A stretch of DNA of 63,448 bases, the filler included, from Octopus bimaculoides (taxonomy: Eukaryota), in the NCBI RefSeq assembly GCF_001194135.2. It is 8 parts of 8 records of this genome, joined end to end, with 100 filler letters (N's around TTAATTAATTAA, not from the genome) between each part and the next. Parts side by side here need not be neighbours in the genome. Positions count along the whole stretch, not along the records: positions 1 to 5,025 come from NC_068985.1; positions 5,126 to 7,536 come from NC_068981.1; positions 7,637 to 33,743 come from NC_068986.1; 5 more parts are not named here. One strand, written 5' to 3'. The notes under the pieces are model-generated. The model had not been told where the DNA came from. It ran no database searches and saw only the letters and a program-made list of their open reading frames with translations. The stretch's first letter is position 1. Each line of letters begins with the position of its first letter. This document shows, piece by piece, positions 1-11,214 of the stretch. Position numbers and translations under genes: made by a program.

Positions 1-419
1 TATATTGTCTGTGTGTGTGTTTATACAAGTTTGGATACCTCCATACGGATATTCACACGCACGCATATTAAAATAGATAAATAGACAGATAGATAGATAG
101 ATAGATCGATATCACTGAAGTCTATATTTGAATATTTAGAATATCTGTTTTTTTTTATGTATCTATCAATCTATCTATCTGTCTGTCTATCTATCTAGCT
201 GTCTGTTTATCTATCTATCTATGTATCTATCTGTCTGTCTGTCTGTCTCTCCCTCTGTCTGTCTCTCTCTCTCTATGTATGTCTGTATATATGTATGTAT
301 GTATGTATGTTGGTATGTATGTGTGTGTATGTTTACATACTATCTATCTATCTATCAATCTCTCTCTATCTGTCAACTTATATGATTAAATATGCACACA
401 TATATAACTATATATATAG

Positions 420-543
420 CAAATCCTCGAAAACGAAGAATAAACACAAAAAACAACAGCGCGAGGACGTGGTACATGTAAAGTATTAGCAGACACTCAG
501 GGAAGGAGAGAAAGGTGGTCTCACGTTTCGAGCAAAGCTCTTC
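420..543 (-). mobile_element. Penelope-type 3' tail fragment with degenerate hammerhead-like motif
   Basis: Minus strand reads GAAGAGC-TTT-GCTCGAAACGT; similar motif at 44701-44728; the 5' part of the core is replaced by (TA)n. Confidence 0.4.
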
Positions 544-1755
544 TATATATATATATATATATATATACATATGTCGCATGGAACCGTATCAAAGTGTTTT
601 ACATAATACATATGCATATATATATATATNNNNNNNNNNNNNNNNNNNNNNNNNNNNNNNNNNNNNNNNNNNNNNNNNNNNNNNNNNNNNNNNNNNNNNN
701 NNNNNNNNNNNNNNNNNNNNNNNNNNNNNNNNNNNNNNNNNNNNNNNNNNNNNNNNNNNNNNNNNNNNNNNNNNNNNNNNNNNNNNNNNNNNNNNNNNNN
801 NNNNNNNNNNNNNNNNNNNNNNNNNNNNNNNNNNNNNNNNNNNNNNNNNNNNNNNNNNNNNNNNNNNNNNNNNNNNNNNNNNNNNNNNNNNNNNNNNNNN
901 NNNNNNNNNNNNNNNNNNNNNNNNNNNNNNNNNNNNNNNNNNNNNNNNNNNNNNNNNNNNNNNNNNNNNNNNNNNNNNNNNNNNNNNNNNNNNNNNNNNN
1001 NNNNNNNNNNNNNNNNNNNNNNNNNNNNNNNNNNNNNNNNNNNNNNNNNNNNNNNNNNNNNNNNNNNNNNNNNNNNNNNNNNNNNNNNNNNNNNNNNNNN
1101 NNNNNNNNNNNNNNNNNNNNNNNNNNNNNNNNNNNNNNNNNNNNNNNNNNNNNNNNNNNNNNNNNNNNNNNNNNNNNNNNNNNNNNNNNNNNNNNNNNNN
1201 NNNNNNNNNNNNNNNNNNNNNNNNNNNNNNNNNNNNNNNNNNNNNNNNNNNNNNNNNNNNNNNNNNNNNNNNNNNNNNNNNNNNNNNNNNNNNNNNNNNN
1301 NNNNNNNNNNNNNNNNNNNNNNNNNNNNNNNNNNNNNNNNNNNNNNNNNNNNNNNNNNNNNNNNNNNNNNNNNNNNNNNNNNNNNNNNNNNNNNNNNNNN
1401 NNNNNNNNNNNNNNNNNNNNNNNNNNNNNNNNNNNNNNNNNNNNNNNNNNNNNNNNNNNNNNNNNNNNNNNNNNNNNNNNNNNNNNNNNNNNNNNNNNNN
1501 NNNNNNNNNNNNNNNNNNNNNNNNNNNNNNNNNNNNNNNNNNNNNNNNNNNNNNNNNNTATATATATATATATATGATAAGTAAATCCCCGCTAATATCT
1601 ATATATTTGCTATATTATTCACAAACGTAGGTGCGTGTATATACGTGTGTGTATGTGTATGCATTCATTGATTGACTTAATATATACATACATGTGTATA
1701 TATGTTTACGTGTGCTCTGTATATGCCTATACATAGACATTGATTTATATATATT

Positions 1756-1797
<42 letters not shown>

Positions 1798-1799
<2 letters not shown>

Positions 1800-1925
1800 T
1801 GGTGTCCACAATGTCTGGGTACATGGAGTAAATAAAATCATAACATAAACAATTAAACATAAGAAATAATAATTTCTTGACGTATGTGTTAATCCCCATG
1901 TACCCAGACTTTGTGGACACCCTGT
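1798..1925. mobile_element. Tc1/mariner-type MITE
   Basis: ~30-bp imperfect TIRs CATGGTGTCCACAATGTCTGGGTACATGG / CCATGTACCCAGACTTTGTGGACACCCTG, flanked by TA on both sides. Confidence 0.8.
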
Positions 1926-2259
1926 ATATCTGGCCAGATTGGAGCAATCTCGAGTATAACAAACTGAAATTGCAAAGATAATCTGGAAGCCGACTGAGGA
2001 AAGAAAACTCCGAATGACCCGTCCTTGTTTTCTTTGTATCGTCTATCTGGATGTTTTGTTGTCCCTTTTTTGTATCACCTGTCTGGATGTTCTGCGTTCT
2101 TGTCCCATTTTGTATTTTATATATATANNNNNNNNNNNNNNNNNNNNNNNNNNNNNNNNNNNNNNNNNNNNNNNNNNNNNNNNNNNNNNNNNNNNNNNNN
2201 NNNNNNNNNNNNNNNNNNNNNNNNNNNNNNNNNNNNNNNNNNNNNNNNNNNTATATATA

Positions 2260-2688
2260 CTTTGATAGGTTTCGACCAGTATTAGCCCAGGCCATGTCTA
2301 ACTTTATAGCACCCCCTGGCGAAATCATTCAAATCAGAATTCGGTCACCATGACCCACTTAAGTAGAGAATTATTGTTTACGAGATATATCCGGGTGGGG
2401 AGGTTTATCCGGTATTTCTTGAAGGAATTTGTCCAAAGACTCCTTGAACTTCATGGGGTCTGTTTCTGTTTTAATGTGTCTTCGTGTAATGTTAAAGAGA
2501 GCTGGGCCAATTGATGTGAAATAATTGTGCTGTGTTGTTGTTATGAGATGCGAGTGTAATTTATGCTGTGGATGGATGGCACGGGGTCCAAGACTTGGGT
2601 GTACGTTAAAGGCGATACCAACATCATTTGGGCAATACTGATTTGATAGTTTTCACATCATGCAGATGATGTTGCGCTCACGGCGACT
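2260..2688 (-). mobile_element. CR1-like LINE 3' end
   Basis: Minus-strand translation ...FTSIGPALFNI...FKESLDKFLQEIPDKPPHPGYISVNNNSLLKW resembles CR1 ORF2 C-termini; degraded. Confidence 0.7.
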
Positions 2689-2710
2689 ATATATACATAT
2701 ATATATATGC

Positions 2711-3109
2711 TTTTATTATTTTACTTGTTTCATTCAGCTGACTGTGACCATGCTGCAGCACCGCCCTTTAGTCGAACATGCCGATCCCAAGACTTATTTC
2801 GCACGTTGTAAGCCTAGTACTTGATTCTATCGTTCTCTTTTGCCGAACCGCTATTTTACTAGGACGTAAACTCACCAACATCGGTTGTCAAGCAATGGTG
2901 GAAGGACAAACACAGACACACAGACACAAATGTATGCATATATATACGACGAGCTTCTTTCAGTTTCTGTCTACTAAATTCACTGACAAGGCTTTGGTCG
3001 GCCCAAGGCTATATTAAAAGACACTTGCCCAAGGTGTCACGCAGTAGGACTGAACCCGAAACCATGTGGTTGGGAAGCAAGCTTCTTACCACACAGCCAC
3101 TCCTGCGCC
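2711..3109 (-). mobile_element. tRNA-derived SINE, family A (GGCTGTGTGGTAAG head)
   Basis: Reverse-complement copy of the element at 3407-3814 and 39331-39759. Confidence 0.85.
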
Positions 3110-3406
3110 CATATCTGTGTGTGTGTGTGTGTGTGTGCGTGAGTGTGTGTGTGTATGTCTGTGTGCGTGCTTATGTTTGTGCTTGTGTATAAGCAGCTGT
3201 TAGTTGGTATTAGTTTTGCATCAATATTCGCAACTTTTTTTACGTTCTGAGTTCAAATTCCGCCGAGGACGACTTTGCCTTTCATCCTTTCGGGGTCGAT
3301 AAATTAAGTACCAGTTGCGATCTAATCGACTGGCTCCTTCCTCCAAAAATTTCGGACCTTGTGCCTCGAGTAGAAAAGAATATTAACAACTGTGAAAGTT
3401 TGTGTA

Positions 3407-3814
3407 GGCGTAGGAGTGGTTGTGTGGTAAGTAGCTTGCTAACCAGCCACATTGTTCCGGGTTCAGTACCACTGCGTGGCACCTTGGGCAAGTGTCTTCT
3501 ACTATAGCCTCAGGCCGACTAAAGCCTTGTGAGTGGATTTGGTAGACGGAAACTGAAAGAAGCCCGTCGTATATATATGTATATGTATATATATATGTGT
3601 GTTTGTCTGTCTGTGTTTGTCCCCCAACATCGCTTGACAACCGATGCTGGTGTGTTCACATTCCCGTAACATAGCGGTTCGGCAAAAGAGACGATAGAAT
3701 AAGTACTAGGCTTCCAAAAAATAAGTCTTGGGGTCGACTTGCTCGACTAAAGGCGGTGCTCCAACATGGCCGCAGTTAAATGACTGAAACAAGTAAAAGA
3801 GTAAAAGAGTAAAA
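3407..3814 (+). mobile_element. tRNA-derived SINE, family A, near full length
   Basis: A-box-like TGGTTGTGTGG, B-box-like GGTTCAGTACC, CCTTGGGCAAG core, internal microsatellite, (GTAAAAGA)n tail; at least 10 related copies in the window. Confidence 0.9.
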
Positions 3815-4459
3815 CCGTGAACAGATTCAGAAAATTTGAGCTACTCTAAGAATTTTGCCGTTCTGGGGGAAAAGAGAACATATATTTCGCGGGGTAAAGT
3901 GATTAAAAATGCCTGATGTTTAACATTTTGGATGTTGTTGATATGTTTGTTCCAGACGATGTGTTCGGTGCGTTGGAAGTGTTTGATATGCTGGTTGGAG
4001 TGTATGTGTGTGTAATTGATATGTTGGGATACAGTTGATGTATTTGGTGTGTTTAATGTGTTATTTATAGTCGATCTGTTTGATGTGTTAGTTGTATGTT
4101 TGATGTAGTTGTTGTGTTTGATGTAGTTGATGTGATTAATATGTTGTTTATAGATGATATATTGGATATTTTTATTTGGCCACCAAGTTTCAGTCTCTTC
4201 AATTCCTGTTCGAATTGATTTCATATTCGGTGTAATGATATGGTTTTATATGCTAATAACTGCTTTGAAATTCATTTTCGCAATAAATCAATAAATAAAA
4301 AAGTTATCAGCTTTAAATTTTTTTTAATTTTGGGTAATTTTACCCAATGGTAAACCACAGACACATTCAGGCTTGTTTCCATAATAACAAGCCAAGCATG
4401 AGAACATTTTTGTCTACGAGAAAGCACGCGTTGACAAATATTCTTTTCTACTCTAAGCA

Positions 4460-4810
4460 TAAGGCCCGAAATTTTGTGGGGAGGGGCCAGTCGATTAGAT
4501 CGACCCCAGTACGCAACTGATACTTAATTTATCGACCCCGAAAGGACGAAAAGCAAAGTCGATCTCGGCGGAATTTGAACTCAGAACCTCATGCACAAGG
4601 TTAGAAATTTGGGGGTGGGGCGGCTAAGTCGATTGCCTCAACCCCATTGCGCAACTGGTACTCATTTCATCGACCCCGAAATGGTGAAAGACAAAGATGA
4701 CTTCAGCGATGTTTGAACTCAGAACGTAAAGGCGAACCAATTGCCACGAAGCATTTTGCCCGATGTACCAACGATTCTATTAGTTGGCCACTTTTCCAAT
4801 TCACCGCCTT
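4460..4810 (-). mobile_element. Two partial tRNA-derived SINEs, family B (AAGGCGGCGAGCTGGCAG head)
   Basis: Matches to the full copy at 8644-8880 (GTTCTGAGTTCAAATTCCGCCGAGGTCGAC core). Confidence 0.8.
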
Positions 4811-5025
4811 GATTCTGTCTATAATTGAAAAACATGCATTCTTCCCAGACACTTTGTCATACTGGCTCTGCCTTAGAGTTAAGTTTGATTAACGACGTTA
4901 TTGGAATACTCAGTCACTTCAGGAGCAGGTAACTGAGTTGAGCGAACATCTGAATCCGCTTCGTCGAGCGCTGAGCTACCACCATGTATGTATATCTACC
5001 TATCTCTCTCTCTCTCTCTCTCTCT

Positions 5026-5125
5026 NNNNNNNNNNNNNNNNNNNNNNNNNNNNNNNNNNNNNNNNNNNNTTAATTAATTAANNNNNNNNNNNNNNNNNNN
5101 NNNNNNNNNNNNNNNNNNNNNNNNN
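5026..5125. other. Assembly gap cassette (44 N + TTAATTAATTAA + 44 N); same at 7537-7636, 33744-33843, 35655-35754, 37372-37471, 44866-44965, 59444-59543
   Basis: Identical 100-bp layout seven times; the 12-mer has stops in all six frames. Confidence 0.95.
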
Positions 5126-5157
5126 ACCCCTCCCTTTTCATCATCTCTTCATGCTTT

Positions 5158-5500
5158 TCAGCATTGCTGAAGTCTATTTTTCTTTTTTTTCTCTCCTGCA
5201 ACCGCTGCAAAATCCAGCTTCTCTTTTGGTCTTTCCTTTTCCTGAACCTTTTTTAAGCTTTCCGCTTCCATATTCTTTTTTTCCATTGCTGGCTGATCCT
5301 TCAGTTGCCCCACCCCACATACTTCTGCCATTGCTGGCCGCTGTTCATCGTCACTCACCTCTTCCACTTCAGGAACATATAAATTACTTCTTCTCCCCGT
5401 CATCGTGTAGGCTTCTCTACACGGGGAAACCGTTTCCAGTTTCACCAACTGCAACAAATTATCTTTTTTTCAAAAGTTCACAGATAAGTTAACACAATGA
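5158..5500 (-). mobile_element. Possible N-terminus of a LINE ORF1 (L1/Tx1-like), truncated by gap
   Basis: Charged ORF with a DFAAVAG motif reminiscent of ORF1 N-termini; no diagnostic domain. Confidence 0.25.
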
Positions 5501-5783
5501 CACAGAAAAATTCAAAAATGTTCCACTAGCAATGCAACAAACCTCCAATCCGCGCACACAAGCAAAAAGACGTCAGGGCACCAGTAAAAAGAAATTATAA
5601 TTATGAGAGCAAGCTTAAATAAATAATATGGACTAGACCAAAAAAAAAATAATAATTTTTAGTATACCCTTTAGAATAGTCAGGCAGGTTTGGTAACTAA
5701 ATAAAACTACTAGGTTTCAAATCCAACGTAAGCCATGATAAAAAATAAATACTACCATTGAATTCATATATTTATTATTATTT

Positions 5784-6254
5784 TTATATCGATATTTTTG
5801 TCTTTTTATTTTTATTTTTATTTCTATCATTACTATTATTATCACCATTACTACCATTATTACCATTACTAATACTATTATTTTTGTTCTTATTTTTATT
5901 TTTATATAGTTTTAGGAAGGTGGAGGAACATTTATGATTGCAAAAAGGGATTACCTCGATAAACTTATTCAAGGTTTTCGGCCCAAAAGACCTAAGAATG
6001 GAAAGGGATTCTCTAATGCATAATAAGCACTTGCTAATATTAGCCTTAAATTGGGGGGTTCTAGATAAGATTGACCATTCAAGATAGTACTTCTTATTCC
6101 TCCTCTTGAGGTCATGCAGGTAAGAGGCGAGTGTTGTGGAGTTATAATATTTCTCATTAGAAAAAGAACTCATGTGCACCCTATACCTGGCTTTAAAATT
6201 CACTGAACTTCCAATATAAATGTGTGGGGTGGTGGTGCGTGTGTGTGTATGCAT
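5784..6254 (-). mobile_element. Penelope-like element, GIY-YIG endonuclease fragment
   Basis: HIYIGSS..FKARYRVHMSSF...STTLASYLHDLK...LEWSIL...KCLLCIRE...CNH, typical of PLE endonuclease domains. Confidence 0.85.
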
Positions 6255-6679
6255 GTATGCATGTAAATATGTATGTATAGGGTGCCTTCTAGAGGATTGG
6301 AAACTTTTTATAGGAGATGTAGTGATAACTATCCTAGATTACTGTTTTTTTTGTTTTGTTTTTTTTGTTTGTATATCATTACTATCTCTAAAGCTGACGT
6401 GCTACCTTTTCTTATTTCTGATTGAAGGAGGCGGTTGTAACAGCACTTTGAACACACCCTCTTAAACATTGTTTGTTCTATTAAGTAATGATCTGAGAGA
6501 ATCGTCAGTGTCATCTTAACTGCATGGATGAACGCCACGTTACTTCTGAAGCAAATGTCCAAGACATTTTCCCGCTTGTTCGGTGGAGTACAATTTGCTC
6601 CATAACAAGCATATCAGTGAGGTAGAGCAGAAATTCTGCTTGCTTCTGTTCATGCCTATATATAGAATATATATATATA

Positions 6680-7536
6680 TAGACATACATTTACAAAAGA
6701 ATATTTACAAATCCTATAGAAAGCCAAATGACAGACTTAGTTATATTAATGTAGGTTTTAGAATTTAGTTAAGAATATTAGTAGGAGTATTTCTAGCCTC
6801 TCCTCCAATATAAACATATTTAATAATGCTGCCCAGTATATAACAATGCCTTTAAAGCTAGTGGATTTAAAGAGGTAATAGCTTACACATCTACTATTAG
6901 CCCAGAAATAAAGAAAACATGGATACAGGAAAATTATCTGGTTTATACCCCTTACTCCCCTGAAATGACCTTTAATGTAGGTAAATATTTCTTGTCACTT
7001 AGAGATAGGCATTTTCCAATACATCATAAATATAGAAAGCTCGTTAATAGGCATAACCTGAAAATTAGTTTTAGTTCAACCCCAAACTTTAAAACCATAA
7101 TTACACACAATGCAACAAAGCAATACGAAGCCGGCTGTTCCAGCAGGCATATAGACTTGTGCCCGTTAAATGGAGCCTGTATGACCGAGGCCATTATTTA
7201 TGAAGCCACCGTAAATTCTACAAACGCTGATGATACAGTTTCATCCAAGAGATATGTGGGTCTTACAGAGGGATATTCCGAGATTCAACAATCACACCTT
7301 AAGCTTCAGACATTGGAATAAACGAAAATCTACAAAATTATCCAGTTCTATATAGTTCTTAAAAGAACAAATTGTCAGCTACAGGATTTACTGGAAGATC
7401 TTAGCCAAGTGTAAACCAACGGTAGTGGCAAGTGCCGTCTTTGTAATATGGAAAGATGGCTCATCTGGAAAAGTTCCTTGGACCCCGCTACATGTCTAAA
7501 TTCAAAAACTGAACTTTTGGGATCATGTCCACACGT
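6680..7536 (+). mobile_element. Penelope-like element, RT C-terminus plus GIY-YIG, frameshifted
   Basis: YKSYRKPND, RKII-WF-PPYS, VGKYFLSL.DRHFP.HHKYRKL.NRHNLKISFS, IIYEATV...RYVGLTE, KCRLCNME...LNSKTELLGSCPH. Confidence 0.9.
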
Positions 7537-7931
7537 NNNNNNNNNNNNNNNNNNNNNNNNNNNNNNNNNNNNNNNNNNNNTTAATTAATTAANNNNNNNN
7601 NNNNNNNNNNNNNNNNNNNNNNNNNNNNNNNNNNNNTTAGCCTCAGGCCAACCAAAGCTTTGTAAGTGAATTTGGTAGACAGAAATTGAAAAAAGGCGTC
7701 AAGCTGGGCGAAATGCTTAGCGGTATTTCGTCTGCCATTACGTTCTGAGTTCAAATTCCGCCGAGGTCGACTTTGCCTTTCATCCTTTCGGGGTCGATAA
7801 ATTAAATACCAGTTACGCACTGGGGTTAATGTAATCGACTTAATCCCTTTGTCTGTCCTTGTTTGTCCCTTCTGTGTTTAGCCCCTTGTGGGCAATAAAG
7901 AAATAAGAAATTGAAAGAAGCCTGTTGTATA

Positions 7932-7971
<40 letters not shown>

Positions 7972-8643
7972 CTTTTTCATCAGAGCTAATTTGAACCTAA
8001 GCTATCACACCATCAACATTACTACTGAAAACTAACAAAGGAGGCTTTATGCAATCACTCAACCTACAGGAAATATATATCATCCAAAATACATACTTGT
8101 GTTTAAAAAAACAAACAAAAGAAATGTATGTATATATTAGATAGTATAATCCTAAGTACATGCTATGGCTGAAAAACAAAGATAGGAAGGAAAACCATGA
8201 CTGAGGTATCTTTGATGATAGTTATACACAATCAGATTTAACCTGGGATGAAATGCCAACTTTGTATGAATTAGTGAGTACACAGATGACAAAATTAAAT
8301 GAGTTACCAAAGGGTTGAAGACAGGAGGAGATTTCAGTGGTCCATATATTTATTATGAACATTGTGATACTACATTGTTTTGTCATAACCAAATTATTTA
8401 GCTCCTTTCAACACAATAGTTGAAGCCATTTAGCTCCGAGTAGATACCACAGGATGGTCATAACGAACTGGTGTAAACCTGAAAACAACAGTCCAGAATT
8501 TACTAGTGAATGTTTTGAGGGTATTGTTGATTCTTGCAATGGTCAGCCAGGACACTAAACCTCTCAGGCAAGATGACAAAGGATCAAGATGCCTAGTGCC
8601 TTGCTGTACTCAAGAAGACCAGTACTCCACAGCAGAAGTGTTT

Positions 8644-8880
8644 AAGGCGGCGAGCTGGCAGAGACGTTAGCACGCCGGGTGAAATGCTTAGTGGTATTTT
8701 GTCTGCCGCTACGTTCTGAGTTCAAATTCCGCCGAGGTCGACTTTGCCTTTCATCCTTTCGGGGTTGATTAAATAAGTACCAGTTACACACTGGGGTCGA
8801 TATAATTGACTTAATCCGTTTGTCTGTCCTTGTTTGTCCCCTCTGTGTGTAGCCCCTTGTGGGCAGTAAAGAAATAAGAA
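8644..8880 (+). mobile_element. tRNA-derived SINE, family B, young full-length copy
   Basis: Intact head, CpGs retained, 9-bp TSD AGAAGTGTT (8634-8642 / 8877-8885). Confidence 0.92.
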
Positions 8881-8904
8881 GTGTTAAGACCGGTCCCTCT
8901 GGTG

Positions 8905-9230
8905 GAAAGCACTTATGGTGGTGCCATGTAAAAGCACCTGTGTGGTTCTATGTAAAAGCACCCGTGTGGTTCCACATAAAAGTGCCTGTGCAAAGCCATG
9001 TAAAGGTGCCTGAGTGGCTCCACATATAAGCATCCATGCAGTGCCACGTAAAAGTGCCTGAGCAGTTCCATAAAATCGCTTATGTAGTGTCACATAAAAG
9101 TGCTTGCACAGCATCATGTAAAAGCATCTGTACAGTGCAATGTAAAAGCCCCTGTGTAGTGCCATGTAAATGTGCCCATGCGGCATCACGTAAAAGCGTC
9201 CCTGCAGCTCCACATAAAAGCACCTGGAGT
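8905..9230 (+). repeat. Diverged ~23-24-bp minisatellite (about 14 units, consensus ~GCACCTGTGCGGTGCCACGTAAAA)
   Basis: Recurrent CCA(C/T)(G/A)TAAAAG(C/T)(A/G)C units; joins the repeat at 9677-9860. Confidence 0.85.
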
Positions 9231-9247
9231 ACCAACAATTCAGTGCC

Positions 9248-9676
9248 TGACAATTCAGTACATAGACAATTCAGCACATGTAATATATGTAGTTTATTAC
9301 ATTATACTGGTGTTAGCTGTATATCTAAGATACATGCACCTACAACCTACAAACACAGCAGTCATTGAATAGATTAACTGTACATAAACAAAAAGCATAC
9401 ATATACAAACACCAGCAAAAAACATTAACACATATATATATACGTGCCCATATGAAACAATAACTACACCTTTTGAATCTCCTATGGAAATTTAACTAGC
9501 TAATTACTGGTTCAAAGAATATAATTTAGCATTTTTAATTCTTTTTTGTATTTATCTTTACATGTTTTTAAATGAATAATTGAAATTTTTCCTCTTTTTT
9601 TTTCCAACCCCAAAATAACTTTTACCCAGGTTCAATAAGATACCCTGCACTGAATTGTCTATGTGCTGAATTGTCA
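9248..9676. mobile_element. Unclassified TIR element (MITE)
   Basis: 31-bp TIRs TGACAATTCAG(T/C)ACATAGACAATTCAG.., 28/31 identical, internally repeated; no clear TSD. Confidence 0.7.
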
Positions 9677-9860
9677 TGTCATGAAAGCACCCAGCACACT
9701 CTGTAAAATGGTTGGCATTAGGAAAAGCTTCCAGCTGTAGAAACCATGTCAAATCAGACTGGAGTTTGGTGCAGCTCCTCAGCTTGCCAGCTCTGGTCAC
9801 ACCGTCCAACCCATGCCAGCATGGACAATGGACATTAAATGATGATGATGATGATGATGA
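9677..9860 (+). mobile_element. SINE/RTE-type 3' end with (GAT)n tail, family D
   Basis: CCAACCCATGCCAGCATGGA...(GAT)n; related copies near 10370, 15270, 16880, 20600, 22900, 27240. Confidence 0.75.
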
Positions 9861-10192
9861 TTAAGGCTACATCACAATAAACCATATAGCCTATCAAAGG
9901 GGTTATATATATATATATATATATATATATCCCATATATTTTCATGCTACTTGTTGCAGTCATTAGACTGCGGCCATGCTGGGGCACTACCTTGAAGTTT
10001 TAGTCAAATGAATCGACCCCTCTTTTTTTCTAAGCCTGGTACTTATTCTATCGGCCCCTTTTGCCAAACAGCTAAGTTACAGGAATGTAAACACCAACAT
10101 CAGTTGTCAAATAGTGAAAATATGAAAAATGATATATACATACATAAAATGCTAGACTACTATTCTTATTGTGAAAACAACAGTAATGACGG

Positions 10193-10223
<31 letters not shown>

Positions 10224-10839
10224 CACCACCACTACCACCACCACCACCACCACCACTATTGTTCCATAAGATATTGTGTATCAAATGATATGTACACCAT
10301 TACTTCTTTAAAAGATGCATTGTAATAAGATCTTGGCTGTTTCATATTTCACATGTGTGTGTATGTAACATCATCATCATCATCATCCTCATTGTTGTTG
10401 TTTGACGTCCACTTTTCCATGCTTGCATGGATCACGTGGAATTTGTCGAGGTGGATTTCTTATAGCCGAATGCCCTTCCTCTCACCAACCCTTACCTGTT
10501 TCCAAGTAAGGTAATATTTCCCCATGACAAGACGTGCTTTCACAGAATATTCAAAATAAAGGACACTGCTTGAATAACAATGACATCCGTTTACAACTAT
10601 TATATGAACTCAAAACAAGGACACAGTAACACACACAGACATGCATACACACATGCATACATACATGCATGCATACATACATACATACATACATACATAC
10701 ATACATACATACATACTTTTATTCACAGATGACATACAATTCTTGCTGATAAAAGCAATACTTCTAAATTCTCAGGATCTGTTTTTAATAAAAAGTTGCT
10801 AAATATTTTTTCTTTAAAGTTTGTTTCTCTTCATTTCAG

Positions 10840-10902
10840 AACTTGACATGGAAGCATATGAATCCAGATATTTGAAGGAGGAACCTTTGCAAGAGAGTAC
10901 AG
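10840..10902 (+). CDS. MYD88: MyD88, first visible coding exon (intermediate domain, 5' part)
   Basis: Polypyrimidine tract + TTTCAG acceptor, GT donor, phase 1-1; LDMEAYESRYLKEEPLQEST, with PLQ resembling the MyD88 intermediate domain; splices in frame to 14811. Confidence 0.72.
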
Positions 10903-11176
10903 GTGTGTAAAGAATGAAAACCATTTGCTTATTTTAAATAACAACTATATNNNNNNNNNNNNNNNNNNNNNNNNNNNNNNNNNNNNNNNNNNNNNNNNNN
11001 NNNNNNNNNNNNNNNNNNNNNNNNNNNNNNNNNNNNNNNNNNNNNNNNNNNNNNNNNNNNNNNNNNNNNNNNNNNNNNNNNNNNNNNNNNNNNNNNNNNN
11101 NNNNNNNNNNNNNNNNNNNNNNNNNNNNNNNNNNNNNNNNNNNNNNNNNNNNNNNNNNNNNNNNNNNNNNNNNNNN

Positions 11177-11211
<35 letters not shown>

Positions 11212-11214
11212 ATA

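Noticed and set aside
515-1630. Long ORFs in the track spanning N runs (also 42641-44132, 37930-38733, 62097-62489)
   Set aside because: Open only because X residues hide stops; flanks are microsatellites.
4850-4950. Possible upstream MyD88 exon ending in CAG/GTAACT
   Set aside because: Translations show no death-domain similarity and the segment looks repeat-derived.
5070-5081. TTAATTAATTAA motif recurring seven times
   Set aside because: Always centred in exactly 44 N + 44 N; an artificial all-frame-stop gap marker, not a biological repeat.
7980-8640. Possible degraded LINE coding sequence (also 24700-24990, 29900-30480, 32250-32460)
   Set aside because: Only faint motif resemblance by eye; too decayed to assign without a search.
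8884-9368. Cys/Lys-rich ORFs resembling metallothionein or small proline-rich proteins
   Set aside because: Translation products of the ~24-bp minisatellite; no splice signals or domain.
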